DNA of 63,997 nt, counting the filler, from Octopus bimaculoides (taxonomy: Eukaryota): NCBI RefSeq assembly GCF_001194135.2. It is 9 parts of 9 records of this genome, joined end to end, with 100 filler letters (N's around TTAATTAATTAA, not from the genome) between each part and the next. Parts side by side here need not be neighbours in the genome. Positions count along the whole stretch, not along the records: positions 19,830 to 39,680 come from NC_068992.1; 8 more parts are not named here. One strand, given 5' to 3'. The notes under the pieces were generated by a model. The model had not been told where the DNA came from, made no database searches, and worked only from the letters and a program-made list of their open reading frames with translations. Positions 23,996-36,580 of the stretch are shown in pieces (position 1 is the first letter of the stretch; each line of letters starts with the position of its first letter). The position numbers and the translations under genes were made by a program.

Positions 23996-24775
23996 GGCGC
24001 AGGAGTGACTGTGTGGTAAGTAGCTTGCTTACCAACCACATGGCTCCGGGTTCAGTCCCACTCCGTGGCACTTTGGGTAAGTGTCTTCTACTATAGCCTC
24101 GGACTGACCGAAGCCTTGTCAGTGGATTTAGTAGACGGAAACTGAAAGAGCCCGTCGTACATATGTGTATATATATATATATATATATATNNNNNNNNNN
24201 NNNNNNNNNNNNNNNNNNNNNNNNNNNNNNNNNNNNNNNNNNNNNNNNNNNNNNNNNNNNNNNNNNNNNNNNNNNNNNNNNNNNNNNNNNNNNNNNNNNN
24301 NNNNNNNNNNNNNNNNNNNNNNNNNNNNNNNNNNNNNNNNNNNNNNNNNNNNNNNNNNNNNNNNNNNNNNNNNNNNNNNNNNNNNNNNNNNNNNNNNNNN
24401 NNNNNNNNNNNNNNNNNNNNNNNNNNNNNNNNNNNNNNNNNNNNNNNNNNNNNNNNNNNNNNNNNNNNNNNNNNNNNNNNNNNNNNNNNNNNNNNNNNNN
24501 NNNNNNNNNNNNNNNNNNNNNNNNNNNNNNNNNNNNNNNNNNNNNNNNNNNNNNTGTGTGTGTGTGTGTGTGTGTGTGTATTTGTCCCCCCACCATCGGT
24601 TGACAACCGATGCTGGTGTGTTTACGTCCCCATAACCGTAGCGGTTCGGCAAAAAGAGACCGATAGAATAGAATAAGTACTAGGCTTACAAAGAATAAGT
24701 CCTGGGGTCGATTTGCTCGACTAAACGCGGTGCTCCAGCATGGCCGCAGTCAAATGACTGAAACAAGTAAAAGAG
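23995..24775 (+). mobile_element. Young S1 SINE spanning an N gap at its central microsatellite
   Basis: ggcgcaggagtgactgtgtggtaagtagcttgc head; 3' module ends gactgaaacaagtaaaagag. Confidence 0.9.
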
Positions 24776-24844
24776 ACATATATATATATATATATATATA
24801 GCTATAAATATATACACATATATACCTATTTGTATATGAATGTA

Positions 24845-25035
24845 CGAGGGGATGCTGAAAAGTTCCTGGCTTCGGGTAAAAGAAAATACTGGCGGATCAT
24901 TTAATTATGGTTTATTCAACATATTTTCTTCTCACATTCACACAGTTTTTCTAAGTCTTGTAAAAGAACTCAGAAGATTGGGCCTCCAATCAGGCCCAAT
25001 ACCTTTAAAGCCAGGAGCTTTACAGCACCACCTCA
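24845..25035. mobile_element. Mariner-type MITE (191 bp) with TA TSD
   Basis: TA|cgaggggatgctgaaaagttcctggctt ... aagccaggagctttacagcaccacctca|TA; ~28-bp imperfect TIRs. Confidence 0.75.
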
Positions 25036-26077
25036 TATGTGTAAATACATATGTGTGTGTATGTATGTATGTATGTATGTATGTATGTATGTATGTATGT
25101 GGTGTTGTTGATTTCGTTGGCAACAGTGTTTGCTTATTCGTTGACTGATCATACATTTGTGCTAAACACTACGCGAGTGGAGACTGAACTCAGAACACAG
25201 ATAGACCAATCTGAAACACTCTTAAGCATTTGTTACGGCACTTTATACGAATTCTTCCATCATCTACCGCCCTAGTTGTTACAGAACTAATAATAACACA
25301 AGTAATTTTTCGAAGACGAAGCTTATGTAACTTAATATAATATAATATGACATGTGCACATANNNNNNNNNNNNNNNNNNNNNNNNNNNNNNNNNNNNNN
25401 NNNNNNNNNNNNNNNNNNNNNNNNNNNNNNNNNNNNNNNNNNNNNNNNNNNNNNNNNNNNNNNNNNNNNNNNNNNNNNNNNNNNNNNNNNNNNNNNNNNN
25501 NNNNNNNNNNNNNNNNNNNNNNNNNNNNNNNNNNNNNNNNNNNNNNNNNNNNNNNNNNNNNNNNNNNNNNNNNNNNNNNNNNNNNNNNNNNNNNNNNNNN
25601 NNNNNNNNNNNNNNNNNNNNNNNNNNNNNNNNNNNNNNNNNNNNNNNNNNNNNNNNNNNNNNNNNNNNNNNNNNNNNNNNNNNNNNNNNNNNNNNNNNNN
25701 NNNNNNNNNNNNNNNNNNNNNNNNNNNNNNNNNNNNNNNNNNNNNNNNNNNNNNNNNNNNNNNNNNNNNNNNNNNNNNNNNNNNNNNNNNNNNNNNNNNN
25801 NNNNNNNNNNNNNNNNNNNNNNNNNNNNNNNNNNNNNNNNNNNNNNNNNNNNNNNNNNNNNNNNNNNNNNNNNNNNNNNNNNNNNNNNNNNNNNNNNNNN
25901 NNNNNNNNNNNNNNNNNNNNNNNNNNNNNNNNNNNNNNNNNNNNNNNNNNNNNNNNNNNNNNNNNNNNNNNNNNNNNNNNNNNNNNNNNNNNNNNNNNNN
26001 NNNNNNNNNNNNNNNNNNNNNNNNNNNNNNNNNNNNNNNNNNNNNNNNNNNNNNNNNNNNNNNNNNNNNNNNNNNNN

Positions 26078-26132
<55 letters not shown>

Positions 26133-26336
26133 TATACGCATATTGTATTTTACATTCATGTATAATATAGACATCCATATTTATATATACATTTACACAC
26201 AGACACACACATACACATACATGTGTATGTGTCTATATGTCTATCTATCTATCTATATATATATATATATGAAGAATTGAGATTTATCATAACTAAACGA
26301 AACATGCTTTATGTCCCTGTCTTAAAACGAATGTGT

Positions 26337-26716
26337 GGAGACGCAATGGTCCAGTGGTTAAGGCAGCGGACTCGCGGTCATAGGATCGTGGTTTCGATTC
26401 CCAGATTGGGGTTGTGAGTGTTTATTGAGCGAAAACGCCTAAAGCTCCACGAGGGTCCGGCAGGGTGTGGTGGGGAACCCTGCTGTATTCTTCCACCACA
26501 ACTTTCTCTCACTCTTTCTTCTTGTTTCTGTTGTACCTGTATTTCAAACGGCCAGCCTTGTCACACTCTGTGTCACACCGAATCTCCCCCGAGGACTACG
26601 TTAATGGTACAGGTGTCTGTGGAGTGCTCAGCCACTTGCACGTTAATTTCACGAGCAGGTTGTTCCGTTGATCGGATCAACTGGAACCCTCGTCGTTGTA
26701 ACCGACGGAGTGCCAA
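26337..26716 (+). mobile_element. tRNA-headed SINE (head B + tail 1)
   Basis: A box tggtccagtggttaagg, B box ggtttcgattccc; tail shared with 41851-42033. Confidence 0.9.
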
Positions 26717-26741
26717 AACAAATGCAAACTGGCGAAATCGT

Positions 26742-26945
26742 TAGAGCGCCGAAAAGATATTCTTTTACGGGCATTTGTTCTGGTTCTTTACGTTCGGGGT
26801 TCAAGTTCTACCCTGGCTAATTTTGCAATTCCTACTGTTGGTGTCGATAAAATTTAGTACCAGTGATGTACTGAGATCGAGAGTATTGACTAATGGCCTC
26901 CCTTCAAAATTGCTGACCCTGTTCGCTAAATTAGAAGCATTTATT
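26742..26945 (+). mobile_element. Decayed S2 SINE
   Basis: tacgttcggggttcaagttc..gtcgataaaatttagtaccag..caaaattgctgaccctg..ttagaagcatttattatt. Confidence 0.65.
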
Positions 26946-27489
26946 ATTCGACCACGGAAGAAGTGGTGAAGCTGACACTGGCAGCTTCCATATTGTTTTC
27001 GTATTTACCTCCACCCCAATGGTTAGCTTTGAAATTGGTTTCGTATACTCTTGTTCTACAACTATGGCTACTACTCCATTACAATTATAACTACCACATT
27101 TACTAGTTGTTAAAGTTTATCACTGTAGATTTGTCTATAGAGTTCAAAGCCACCACAGAAAGTTACGACATTTCTATGTTTTTTTTTCTTTCTATCTTTG
27201 ATTGCTTTATTTACATAGACGTATTCGTATTTGTATACGAAACGTTGTCACTTCCGATGCTGGTTCTGAACTCTATAAAAAATATCTAGAGATAAACATA
27301 AAAATAAAACATCGCACTGCTAACACAAAAGCAAGGTTAAATATTGACTCGTAAACCTTTGAAATATTCTTGGTAGTATATTATGTATGCAAAACGAAAT
27401 ACTCTGACCTTACAAGTAAATAACAATTACTAAATACCAATTCTCATCATCGCTACCAAAATTGCCAACTACGACTACTAATAAATTAT

Positions 27490-27940
27490 AATGGTTTCAA
27501 ATTTTGCCAGAAGGCCAGCAATTTCCGGGAAGGTAGGGTGAGTCGATTACATCGAGCCAAGCACTCAACTGGTACTTATTTTATCGATCCTGAAGAGATG
27601 AAAGGCAAAGTCAACCTCAGCGGAATTTGAACTCGAAATACCGTTAAGCATTTTGCCCGCTGTGTTAACGATTCTGTCTGTTTGCCTGTAATAATAATGA
27701 CCCATTCTACTAAAGGCAGAAGGCCTGAAATTTTGCGGGAGGTGACTAGTCGATTACATCGACCCAAATGTTTCACTGGTACTTAATTTATTGAGCCTGA
27801 AAGGATGAAAGGCAAAGTCGACCTCGGCCGAATTTGAACTCTGGACGTAAAGACGGACGAAATGCCACTAAGCATTTCGCCCAGCGTGCTAACGATTCTA
27901 CCAGCTCACCGCCTTAATGATAACAATAATAACAACAACA

Positions 27941-27983
<43 letters not shown>

Positions 27984-28260
27984 GTTTCAAATTTTAGCAA
28001 AAGACCAGTACCTTCAGGTGATAAGTCGATTACATCGACCCAGTACTCAGTTGGTACTCATATTATCTACCTCGAAAGTATGAAAGGCAAAGTCGACTTC
28101 AGCTGTGTTTGAACTCAGAACATAAACACTAGCGAAATGCCGCTAAATATTTTCCCGGCGTACTAACGATTCTGACAGCTCGCCCCATTATTGTTTCAAA
28201 CTCAGGCACAAGGCCAAGAATCTTTAAGGGGAGCGGGTTAGTCGATTACATCGACCCCAA
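27490..28260 (-). mobile_element. Cluster of four same-orientation S2 SINE units separated by (AAT)n
   Basis: Units at ~27492-27685, 27701-27915, 27983-28186 and 28192-28259 (partial), sharing gtcgattacatcgaccc and gaaaggcaaagtc.acctcggc.gaatttgaactc. Confidence 0.9.
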
Positions 28261-28520
28261 ATATAAAATATTTCTGTTGACAGCAGTATTAAATTCATTT
28301 CCCGATGGTTACACAAGTAAAGCCACTTCAGTTGACACCGATACGTTATTATTTTAACGACTCTGGGGAGTTGCAAGGGAAACCAACACCTACATAGTAG
28401 AACTCAACTACACATAAACATAGTCATCAACAAATATATATATATTTGTGTGTGTGTCTGTGTGTTTGTGTCTGTGTGTGTGTCTGTATACATACACACA
28501 CACATATATAAAAACATATA

Positions 28521-28551
<31 letters not shown>

Positions 28552-29740
28552 NNNNNNNNNNNNNNNNNNNNNNNNNNNNNNNNNNNNNNNNNNNNNNNNN
28601 NNNNNNNNNNNNNNNNNNNNNNNNNNNNNNNNNNNNNNNNNNNNNNNNNNNNNNNNNNNNNNNNNNNNNNNNNNNNNNNNNNNNNNNNNNNNNNNNNNNN
28701 NNNNNNNNNNNNNNNNNNNNNNNNNNNNNNNNNNNNNNNNNNNNNNNNNNNNNNNNNNNNNNNNNNNNNNNNNNNNNNNNNNNNNNNNNNNNNNNNNNNN
28801 NNNNNNNNNNNNNNNNNNNNNNNNNNNNNNNNNNNNNNNNNNNNNNNNNNNNNNNNNNNNNNNNNNNNNNNNNNNNNNNNNNNNNNNNNNNNNNNNNNNN
28901 NNNNNNNNNNNNNNNNNNNNNNNNNNNNNNNNNNNNNNNNNNNNNNNNNNNNNNNNNNNNNNNNNNNNNNNNNNNNNNNNNNNNNNNNNNNNNNNNNNNN
29001 NNNNNNNNNNNNNNNNNNNNNNNNNNNNNNNNNNNNNNNNNNNNNNNNNNNNNNNNNNNNNNNNNNNNNNNNNNNNNNNNNNNNNNNNNNNNNNNNNNNN
29101 NNNNNNNNNNNNNNNNNNNNNNNNNNNNNNNNNNNNNNNNNNNNNNNNNNNNNNNNNNNNNNNNNNNNNNNNNNNNNNNNNNNNNNNNNNNNNNNNNNNN
29201 NNNNNNNNNNNNNNNNNNNNNNNNNNNNNNNNNNNNNNNNTATATATATATATATATATATATGATATATGTATTATTATATATACATATATATAATATA
29301 TATTATATATATACATCATATATACGTATTATTATACATATATATATTTAACATACATACATACATACATACATACATAGTGTATGTACGAGTGTATATG
29401 CGTATGTGCATCGTAGCGCATGTCCTTTGAGGAGATGTGTGAGTGTAACGCGTGTGCTTGTAAAATTCTTTGTTTTTCTTTCAATTCTTTGATTTTGGAT
29501 TTTCTTGTATTTATTCAAGCAAGCGTCACATGCCTATAGCCAGTGAATGCCATCAAAGGAGAGTACCAAAAGCATGGAAAGACGAAATTATGAAATTTCT
29601 TTTGAAGTTTGAAATGAAACTTGTGTCAGTTACTGGAACAACATGAAGAGGAAACCAAAGCGAATTTTCTTTCTTTCACGACCCTGAAAACAACCTTTCT
29701 TAAATAAATAAACGAACGATATGGTCAGTCTGCTACTCAC

Positions 29741-29841
29741 CGGAAAACATGTACATTTGACGCAGTACTTCATGTCCGCTTCCTCCATTTCCAAACTCCA
29801 TTTTTCTTCTAATTTGTATGATTTCCCTCCCAAAATGCAAC
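29741..29841 (-). CDS. Internal exon encoding the N-terminal half of a chordin-type VWC (CR) domain
   Basis: Acceptor cattccgtttctttacag|GT, donor CCG|gtgagt; 101 nt, phase 1 to 0; GCILGGKSYKLEEKWSLEMEEADMKYCVKCTCFP matches the VWC pattern C-x6-Y-x5-W-x11-C-x2-C-x-C. Confidence 0.75.
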
Positions 29842-30997
29842 CTGTAAAGAAACGGAATGTAACTGTTAGAACAGTGCTCCTCAAAACTTTTCTTTTTTCA
29901 ACTCGACCACTCTTTAACGCTGTGAAGAAATATGGAGGAAAACATTGCTGGTGACGCTTATCAACAGTTTCTCACAATTACCAGTTTATTGAGAAGGGTC
30001 TAAAGTTAACAGCAGCTCAGACTGAAGGAACAAGTCCATGACCAAAAGCATTCCAATTTGATTGTCTACTTAGATATATCAAGTATTACATTATCTAATA
30101 TATCGTTTCCTTCTTTCAAGATAGAAAAGTGTGGTTTAGAGGAAACTGACTGTTATTTCTAGCAGGTCATGCGATGACATATAGCAATCATGAGCAAACT
30201 GCAGCTCAAGCGACTCTCTGAATGGTACGCCTAAGTAATAATTAGCTTGAATCTTTTTAGTAGTGCGGCCCGCCTGATGATGAGTCATGTCTCATACGGC
30301 CCGCTTCTCATAAAAAGGCAGTCCACGCCAGACATAGAGACTACTATTTTGGTTAACGATAACAACAGGTGCTAAATTAGCTGCCCTAACCACTGGACCT
30401 CCACTACTCTAGACACTCTGATACTTTTAACACACCCTTTTGAATTGCTGAATCAAAGTAGGAGTTCCTCAAGAGGTTGTCAGAAAGATAGCAACGGTAC
30501 CGAAGAATAGTTTCCCTTCAACATTGAGTAATGAGACTGATGGTCTTTGACTTTATTACTTTTGGAATCCCCGCCCCTCCTGCATTCCTCCACTGCTGAG
30601 CCACCCAGCCTTTCTACCATATCATCCTCTAGATCCCACATAGAGCAATTTAAAACAGCTCTTGAAGGTACTGCCATTTTATTAGCAGTTCTTGTAAGGT
30701 ACTGCAATCAGCCCAGCGGGTTCATCTGCTTTTCCATTCTTCACCACCTCCGCGGTCAATTTCCAGCTAGTCTCTATCTCATTACCTTTTAGTACCGATG
30801 CAAATAGAATAATCAAGGAACTGCAGTGTTCTGGGCTTTAGTGCCTGGAAATATAACTGAAGGAGTTTGAGGTGGATGCTGATCTTATCTTAAGCTCCTG
30901 TCTGAGTTGATGGATTCTATTGGCGCCGTTACTCATAATACATAAAGGTTTCGCTGTTTTCTTCTCCAATTCGAACATTTCAGTCGTTATATTCATA

Positions 30998-31212
30998 ATT
31001 CTTTCTGCTAAAGGCACAGAGTCTGAAATTTGGGGACGGGGAGTGGACTAGTCGATTACATCGACCCCAGTGTTTCATTGGTACTTAATTTCTAGACCTC
31101 GAAAAGATGAAAGGCAAAGTCAACCTCGGCGGAATTTGAACTCAGAACGTAGCGACGGACGAAATACCGCTACGCATTTCGTCCAACCTGCTAGCGATTC
31201 TCCCAGATCGTC
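30998..31212 (-). mobile_element. S2 SINE
   Basis: Same blocks as the 27490-28260 units. Confidence 0.88.
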
Positions 31213-31560
31213 GCCTTTAGCTGTTGCATCGAGGATGCAGTGAATGTCCTTATCAAAACGGCTTTCATCTACTTCCTTGTTAGTTTGATACCATTTCATC
31301 TGGCAAAGTTCTATTGCTCTGCGTAGGTCTGAAGCTTGCAACGGCTAGATATTCTGGGAACTGCGGATAGACTACGAGCCAGGCCTTTCCAGCATCTCAA
31401 TAGGGCTGGTTCCTGTGCGCTGAGGTACTTGCAATATGTTCATGCATTTCATCTTATCCTAGAGGATTTGGGGATCACGCAGATTCTTGAAAACCTCCTC
31501 ACAACCACAGTTCCTGTATATTGCTGATATTCTATTGCCCATTACTCGTTTTCACTGTCC
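31213..31560 (-). mobile_element. HERO/NeSL-like RLE non-LTR retrotransposon, N-terminal zinc-finger region, decayed
   Basis: RNCGCEEVFKNLRDPQIL*DKMKC..QRTGTSP and MKWYQTNKE...FDKDIHCILDATAKG resemble the N-terminus of HERO-clade ORFs (from memory). Confidence 0.55.
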
Positions 31561-31949
31561 GATAACTTTTCTCACATTTTGCTCTTGGAAATCTCCAGGA
31601 TTAATATTTCTTAAGTTGATCTGTTCTACGTTTTTCCTTTCACGATAAGCAGATCGGTTGCTACCTCTCACTGTCACACTGTTGTCACTAAGCCCTGTCC
31701 GTTGTCTCTCCAAATACCACAACCTTGTTCTTGATTGTCAACCAACGTCTCGCTGGTAGCCACTGGTCAATGAAGTATATATATTGGCATGTGTGTATAT
31801 AGAAATATATATTGAGAGAGACGGAGAGAGACAGACAGACAGACAAAGATTAAGAATGAAAAGGGAAGAAAGAGTAATTTATATGAGTCTGTGGGCGTGA
31901 CGTTTCGAAAGGCTGCAAGAAAGGGAGGGGAAGCATTGGCAGTAAACAC

Positions 31950-31975
31950 ACTACAATACAAACATATGTATACAT

Positions 31976-32012
<37 letters not shown>

Positions 32013-32035
32013 TATACATATATATATATATATAC

Positions 32036-32098
<63 letters not shown>

Positions 32099-32350
32099 CA
32101 TATACATGATATACGTGTATATATATACATATATATACGTGTATATATACGTGCATATATATATACATATATACATACATATATATGTGTATATATACAT
32201 ATGCGTATATATATATATATGCATACACATACATACATATACACACACACACACACACATATATAAATATACACACACATATACATGTATGCATATGTGT
32301 GCGTATCAGTGTGTCTATACACACACACACATACACACGCACACACATGC
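31950..32350. repeat. Compound (TA)n/(CA)n microsatellite
   Basis: Read directly. Confidence 0.95.
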
Positions 32351-32556
32351 AGACGCGGGGCGACAACGGTACTGGAGACACCCATTGTCAGTAGGGGTTG
32401 ATATAAGGAAATAAAATGTGATTCCAGCGAACGTGGAACACATACCTTGACAGTTTTACAGCTCCTTAAGTTAAGAGGGTAGCTCCGTGGTTGCGATGGT
32501 AGTGGGTCGGGTGGAGTGATATTCTGGCGGGTGTGTCAGGTAACAGTGACCAGCGG

Positions 32557-32603
<47 letters not shown>

Positions 32604-33388
32604 CATAATATATATATACATATATATAACGTATACAAAAAAGCATGTGTGTATATATATATATATATANNNNNNNNNNNNNNNNNNNNNNNNNNNNNNN
32701 NNNNNNNNNNNNNNNNNNNNNNNNNNNNNNNNNNNNNNNNNNNNNNNNNNNNNNNNNNNNNNNNNNNNNNNNNNNNNNNNNNNNNNNNNNNNNNNNNNNN
32801 NNNNNNNNNNNNNNNNNNNNNNNNNNNNNNNNNNNNNNNNNNNNNNNNNNNNNNNNNNNNNNNNNNNNNNNNNNNNNNNNNNNNNNNNNNNNNNNNNNNN
32901 NNNNNNNNNNNNNNNNNNNNNNNNNNNNNNNNNNNNNNNNNNNNNNNNNNNNNNNNNNNNNNNNNNNNNNNNNNNNNNNNNNNNNNNNNNNNNNNNNNNN
33001 NNNNNNNNNNNNNNNNNNNNNNNNNNNNNNNNNNNNNNNNNNNNNNNNNNNNNNNNNNNNNNNNNNNNNNNNNNNNNNNNNNNNNNNNNNNNNNNNNNNN
33101 NNNNNNNNNNNNNNNNNNNNNNNNNNNNNNNNNNNNNNNNNNNNNNNNNNNNNNNNNNNNNNNNNNNNNNNNNNNNNNNNNNNNNNNNNNNNNNNNNNNN
33201 NNNNNNNNNNNNNNNNNNNNNNNNNNNNNNNNNNNNNNNNNNNNNNNNNNNNNNNNNNNNNNNNNNNNNNNNNNNNNNNNNNNNNNNNNNNNNNNNNNNN
33301 NNNNNNNNNNNNNNNNNNNNNNNNNNNNNNNNNNNNNNNNNNNNNNNNNNNNNNNNNNNNNNNNNNNNNNNNNNNNNNNNNNNNNNNN

Positions 33389-33420
<32 letters not shown>

Positions 33421-33769
33421 CATAATTGCAGCTTGGAATGTGTTTAGAATCAGCACAGAATTTTGTCAGTGAACAGGTCGCGGTTTCAAAGCGACGAAAA
33501 TATTTTGACAAATTAAATTTAAATGTTGAAGTGAATCTAACGGTTTTTGTGTGTTTTTAAATGGCTTATAAACACCTTCCACGCTGCAGTTGTATTCCTT
33601 TCAGCGCGAACCCCGAAATTACGACCCCAGAATTACGAACCAAGACGAAGTTTAATGCCCTTATGAATGGAAGACATGGCCATGTTGGTCTCAATTGTAG
33701 AGAAATGGCGTTGCTTTGCCAAGGAGCACACGGAGACTGACGGACAGGTTTTTTATAGGGTGATTTTTT

Positions 33770-34135
33770 TCTTTTTTATGGCCAGTGCCTTCGGAATATC
33801 CTGGGAATCACTTGGTGTGGTGACATCACAAACGATGAAATCATGAGAAGAGCTGGCCAAAATAAATGGCAAGACATCATCGGAGCTAGACGAAGGAAGT
33901 AGGCTGGGCCATGTATTGCGCTTACCGTGAGAGAGACTAACGAGTACATCCGTGGACAGTTGAAGGAGGAAGGAGAAGAAGGGGTAGGCAGTGAAGACGT
34001 GACAAATGACTGTGCGGAAAGACTTGACCGAGATGGGTTTCACCTACCTGAGAAGAAGGATGAAGTTTGGCTCCGAATGATACCGCTCGAAGAACTAATT
34101 ATGCACGATGCAATCTGAGCGAACGGAGATAACAT
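33770..34135 (+). mobile_element. RTE-clade LINE 3' end
   Basis: CLRNILGITWCGDITNDEIMRRAGQ..IIGARRRK*AGHVLRLP, then GGRRRG and KDL..MG remnants; followed by (CAT)n. Confidence 0.85.
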
Positions 34136-34574
34136 TATACGTCATCTTCATCATATCATCATCATCACCATCACCATCATGTCACAGAACGAGTACTGTA
34201 TTTGCTGACATATGAGATTTACTTTTTCCCAAAAAAGTATCACAAAAAATCTCCCAATATTACATACTTTAATCCACTAAAATCATTCTTCCCTGAATAT
34301 GCACTGCTGAGGTCAGGGTGTGTCTGCAATATCCGTGCGTGTTTTATGCCATCAAATACTCTGCTTTCGATAGCAGGAGCTATTAACTGATCCATATTGA
34401 TATATTTCTATAGGACATCCGAAAAATTGTATGTTTTTTGTTTGTTATTTCTGTTTCCATTTATGGATTTATTGATCATTTTAGTAGTTTGTTCGCTATT
34501 TTAAAATTTTCGATTACGTCTTTCGGTTTTGTCCAAATAAGATATCATTATTGACACCTGAAATCATTTTATTG

Positions 34575-35190
34575 GCGCAGGCATGGCTGTGTGATAAGGA
34601 GATTTTGCTTTCCAACCACATAGTTCTGGGTTCAGTCCCACAGCGTGGCACCTTGGGCAAGTGTCTTCTACCATACATAGTCTCGCGCCGACCAAAGCCT
34701 TGTGAGTGGATTTGGTAGACGGAAACTAATAGAAGCCTGAAGCGGTAATTCGTCTGTCTTTACGTTCTGAGTTCAAATTCTGCCGAGGTCAACTTTGCAC
34801 TTCATTCTTTCGGGTTCGATAAATTAAGTACCATTTGCGTACTGGGGTCGATCAAATCGACTAGTTCCCCTCCCCAAACATTTCGGGCTGTGTACCTAGA
34901 GTAGAAAAGAATATTTTCAATAATTTCTTTGTTATGTCTTCTATTATAGCCACGGACTGACTAAAATCTTGTGAGTGGATTTGGTAGACGGAAGCCTGTC
35001 GAGTGTTGGGGGAGGGGGTTGTGTGTCCTCCCCACCGCCTAACAGTCAGCAAAAGTGACCAACAGATTAAGTACCAGGTTTTAAAAACAAAAGTACTAGG
35101 GTCAATTCATTCGCCTAAAAGTTCTTCATGGCGGCGCCCCAGCATATACGCAGTCTAATGACTGAAACCAGTAAAAGATAAAAGCGAAAA
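34575..35190 (+). mobile_element. Nested SINE cluster: S1 head (34575-34735), S2 (34740-34915), S1 body (34925-35190)
   Basis: Blocks match other copies in the window. Confidence 0.8.
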
Positions 35191-35459
35191 GATCCTGTCA
35201 AATTCTGAATTCAAATCTCGATTAAATTCAATTTAGCATTTCATCACAACAGGATTTTTTTATTTGGTTTTGTTGTTTTTCTCATGTAAAAAAAAAATGA
35301 ACAATTACTGCGATTAATCCAGTAGACTATATGTTTCTAGATTTCTTAGTTTATATTATTCACTTCTAGAAATGACCATCTGGTTGGTTTTATATATAAA
35401 CATATGTGTATTTGTACATTACCGTCGACGATGAAAGACAATGCTTTCGCACACACACA

Positions 35460-35552
<93 letters not shown>

Positions 35553-36360
35553 CATTCTCTCACTCAAGCATTCACACACACTATATATAGTATAATGTAT
35601 AATGTATATATATATATATAAATATATAGTTTTAGGGAAAAGAACCAAGGTTCATGNNNNNNNNNNNNNNNNNNNNNNNNNNNNNNNNNNNNNNNNNNNN
35701 NNNNNNNNNNNNNNNNNNNNNNNNNNNNNNNNNNNNNNNNNNNNNNNNNNNNNNNNNNNNNNNNNNNNNNNNNNNNNNNNNNNNNNNNNNNNNNNNNNNN
35801 NNNNNNNNNNNNNNNNNNNNNNNNNNNNNNNNNNNNNNNNNNNNNNNNNNNNNNNNNNNNNNNNNNNNNNNNNNNNNNNNNNNNNNNNNNNNNNNNNNNN
35901 NNNNNNNNNNNNNNNNNNNNNNNNNNNNNNNNNNNNNNNNNNNNNNNNNNNNNNNNNNNNNNNNNNNNNNNNNNNNNNNNNNNNNNNNNNNNNNNNNNNN
36001 NNNNNNNNNNNNNNNNNNNNNNNNNNNNNNNNNNNNNNNNNNNNNNNNNNNNNNNNNNNNNNNNNNNNNNNNNNNNNNNNNNNNNNNNNNNNNNNNNNNN
36101 NNNNNNNNNNNNNNNNNNNNNNNNNNNNNNNNNNNNNNNNNNNNNNNNNNNNNNNNNNNNNNNNNNNNNNNNNNNNNNNNNNNNNNNNNNNNNNNNNNNN
36201 NNNNNNNNNNNNNNNNNNNNNNNNNNNNNNNNNNNNNNNNNNNNNNNNNNNNNNNNNNNNNNNNNNNNNNNNNNNNNNNNNNNNNNNNNNNNNNNNNNNN
36301 NNNNNNNNNNNNATATATATGTATGTATATATATATATATATACATATATGTATGTATAC

Positions 36361-36391
<31 letters not shown>

Positions 36392-36549
36392 TGTATGTAT
36401 GTATAAAACTATATATTTCGTGTTGACTGGCACTTCAAATTTCACCTAACGGCTTATTCAACCACATCTGACTCCACTCTCAGTATTTAGTCACCGCATA
36501 ACTAAGTGGTACTTTATTATTGTTAAACTAGCTTTGGAATGCTAAATTC

Positions 36550-36580
<31 letters not shown>

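Noticed and set aside
26337-26410. tRNA-like heads here and at 41712 and 45955 as real tRNA genes
   Set aside because: They continue into shared SINE bodies and lack a complete acceptor stem.
30265-30310. CTGATGA followed by a TGAG/CTCA stem as a hammerhead
   Set aside because: No GAAA after the stem; the context (gcggcccgc...cggcccgc) looks like a hAT-type terminal remnant.
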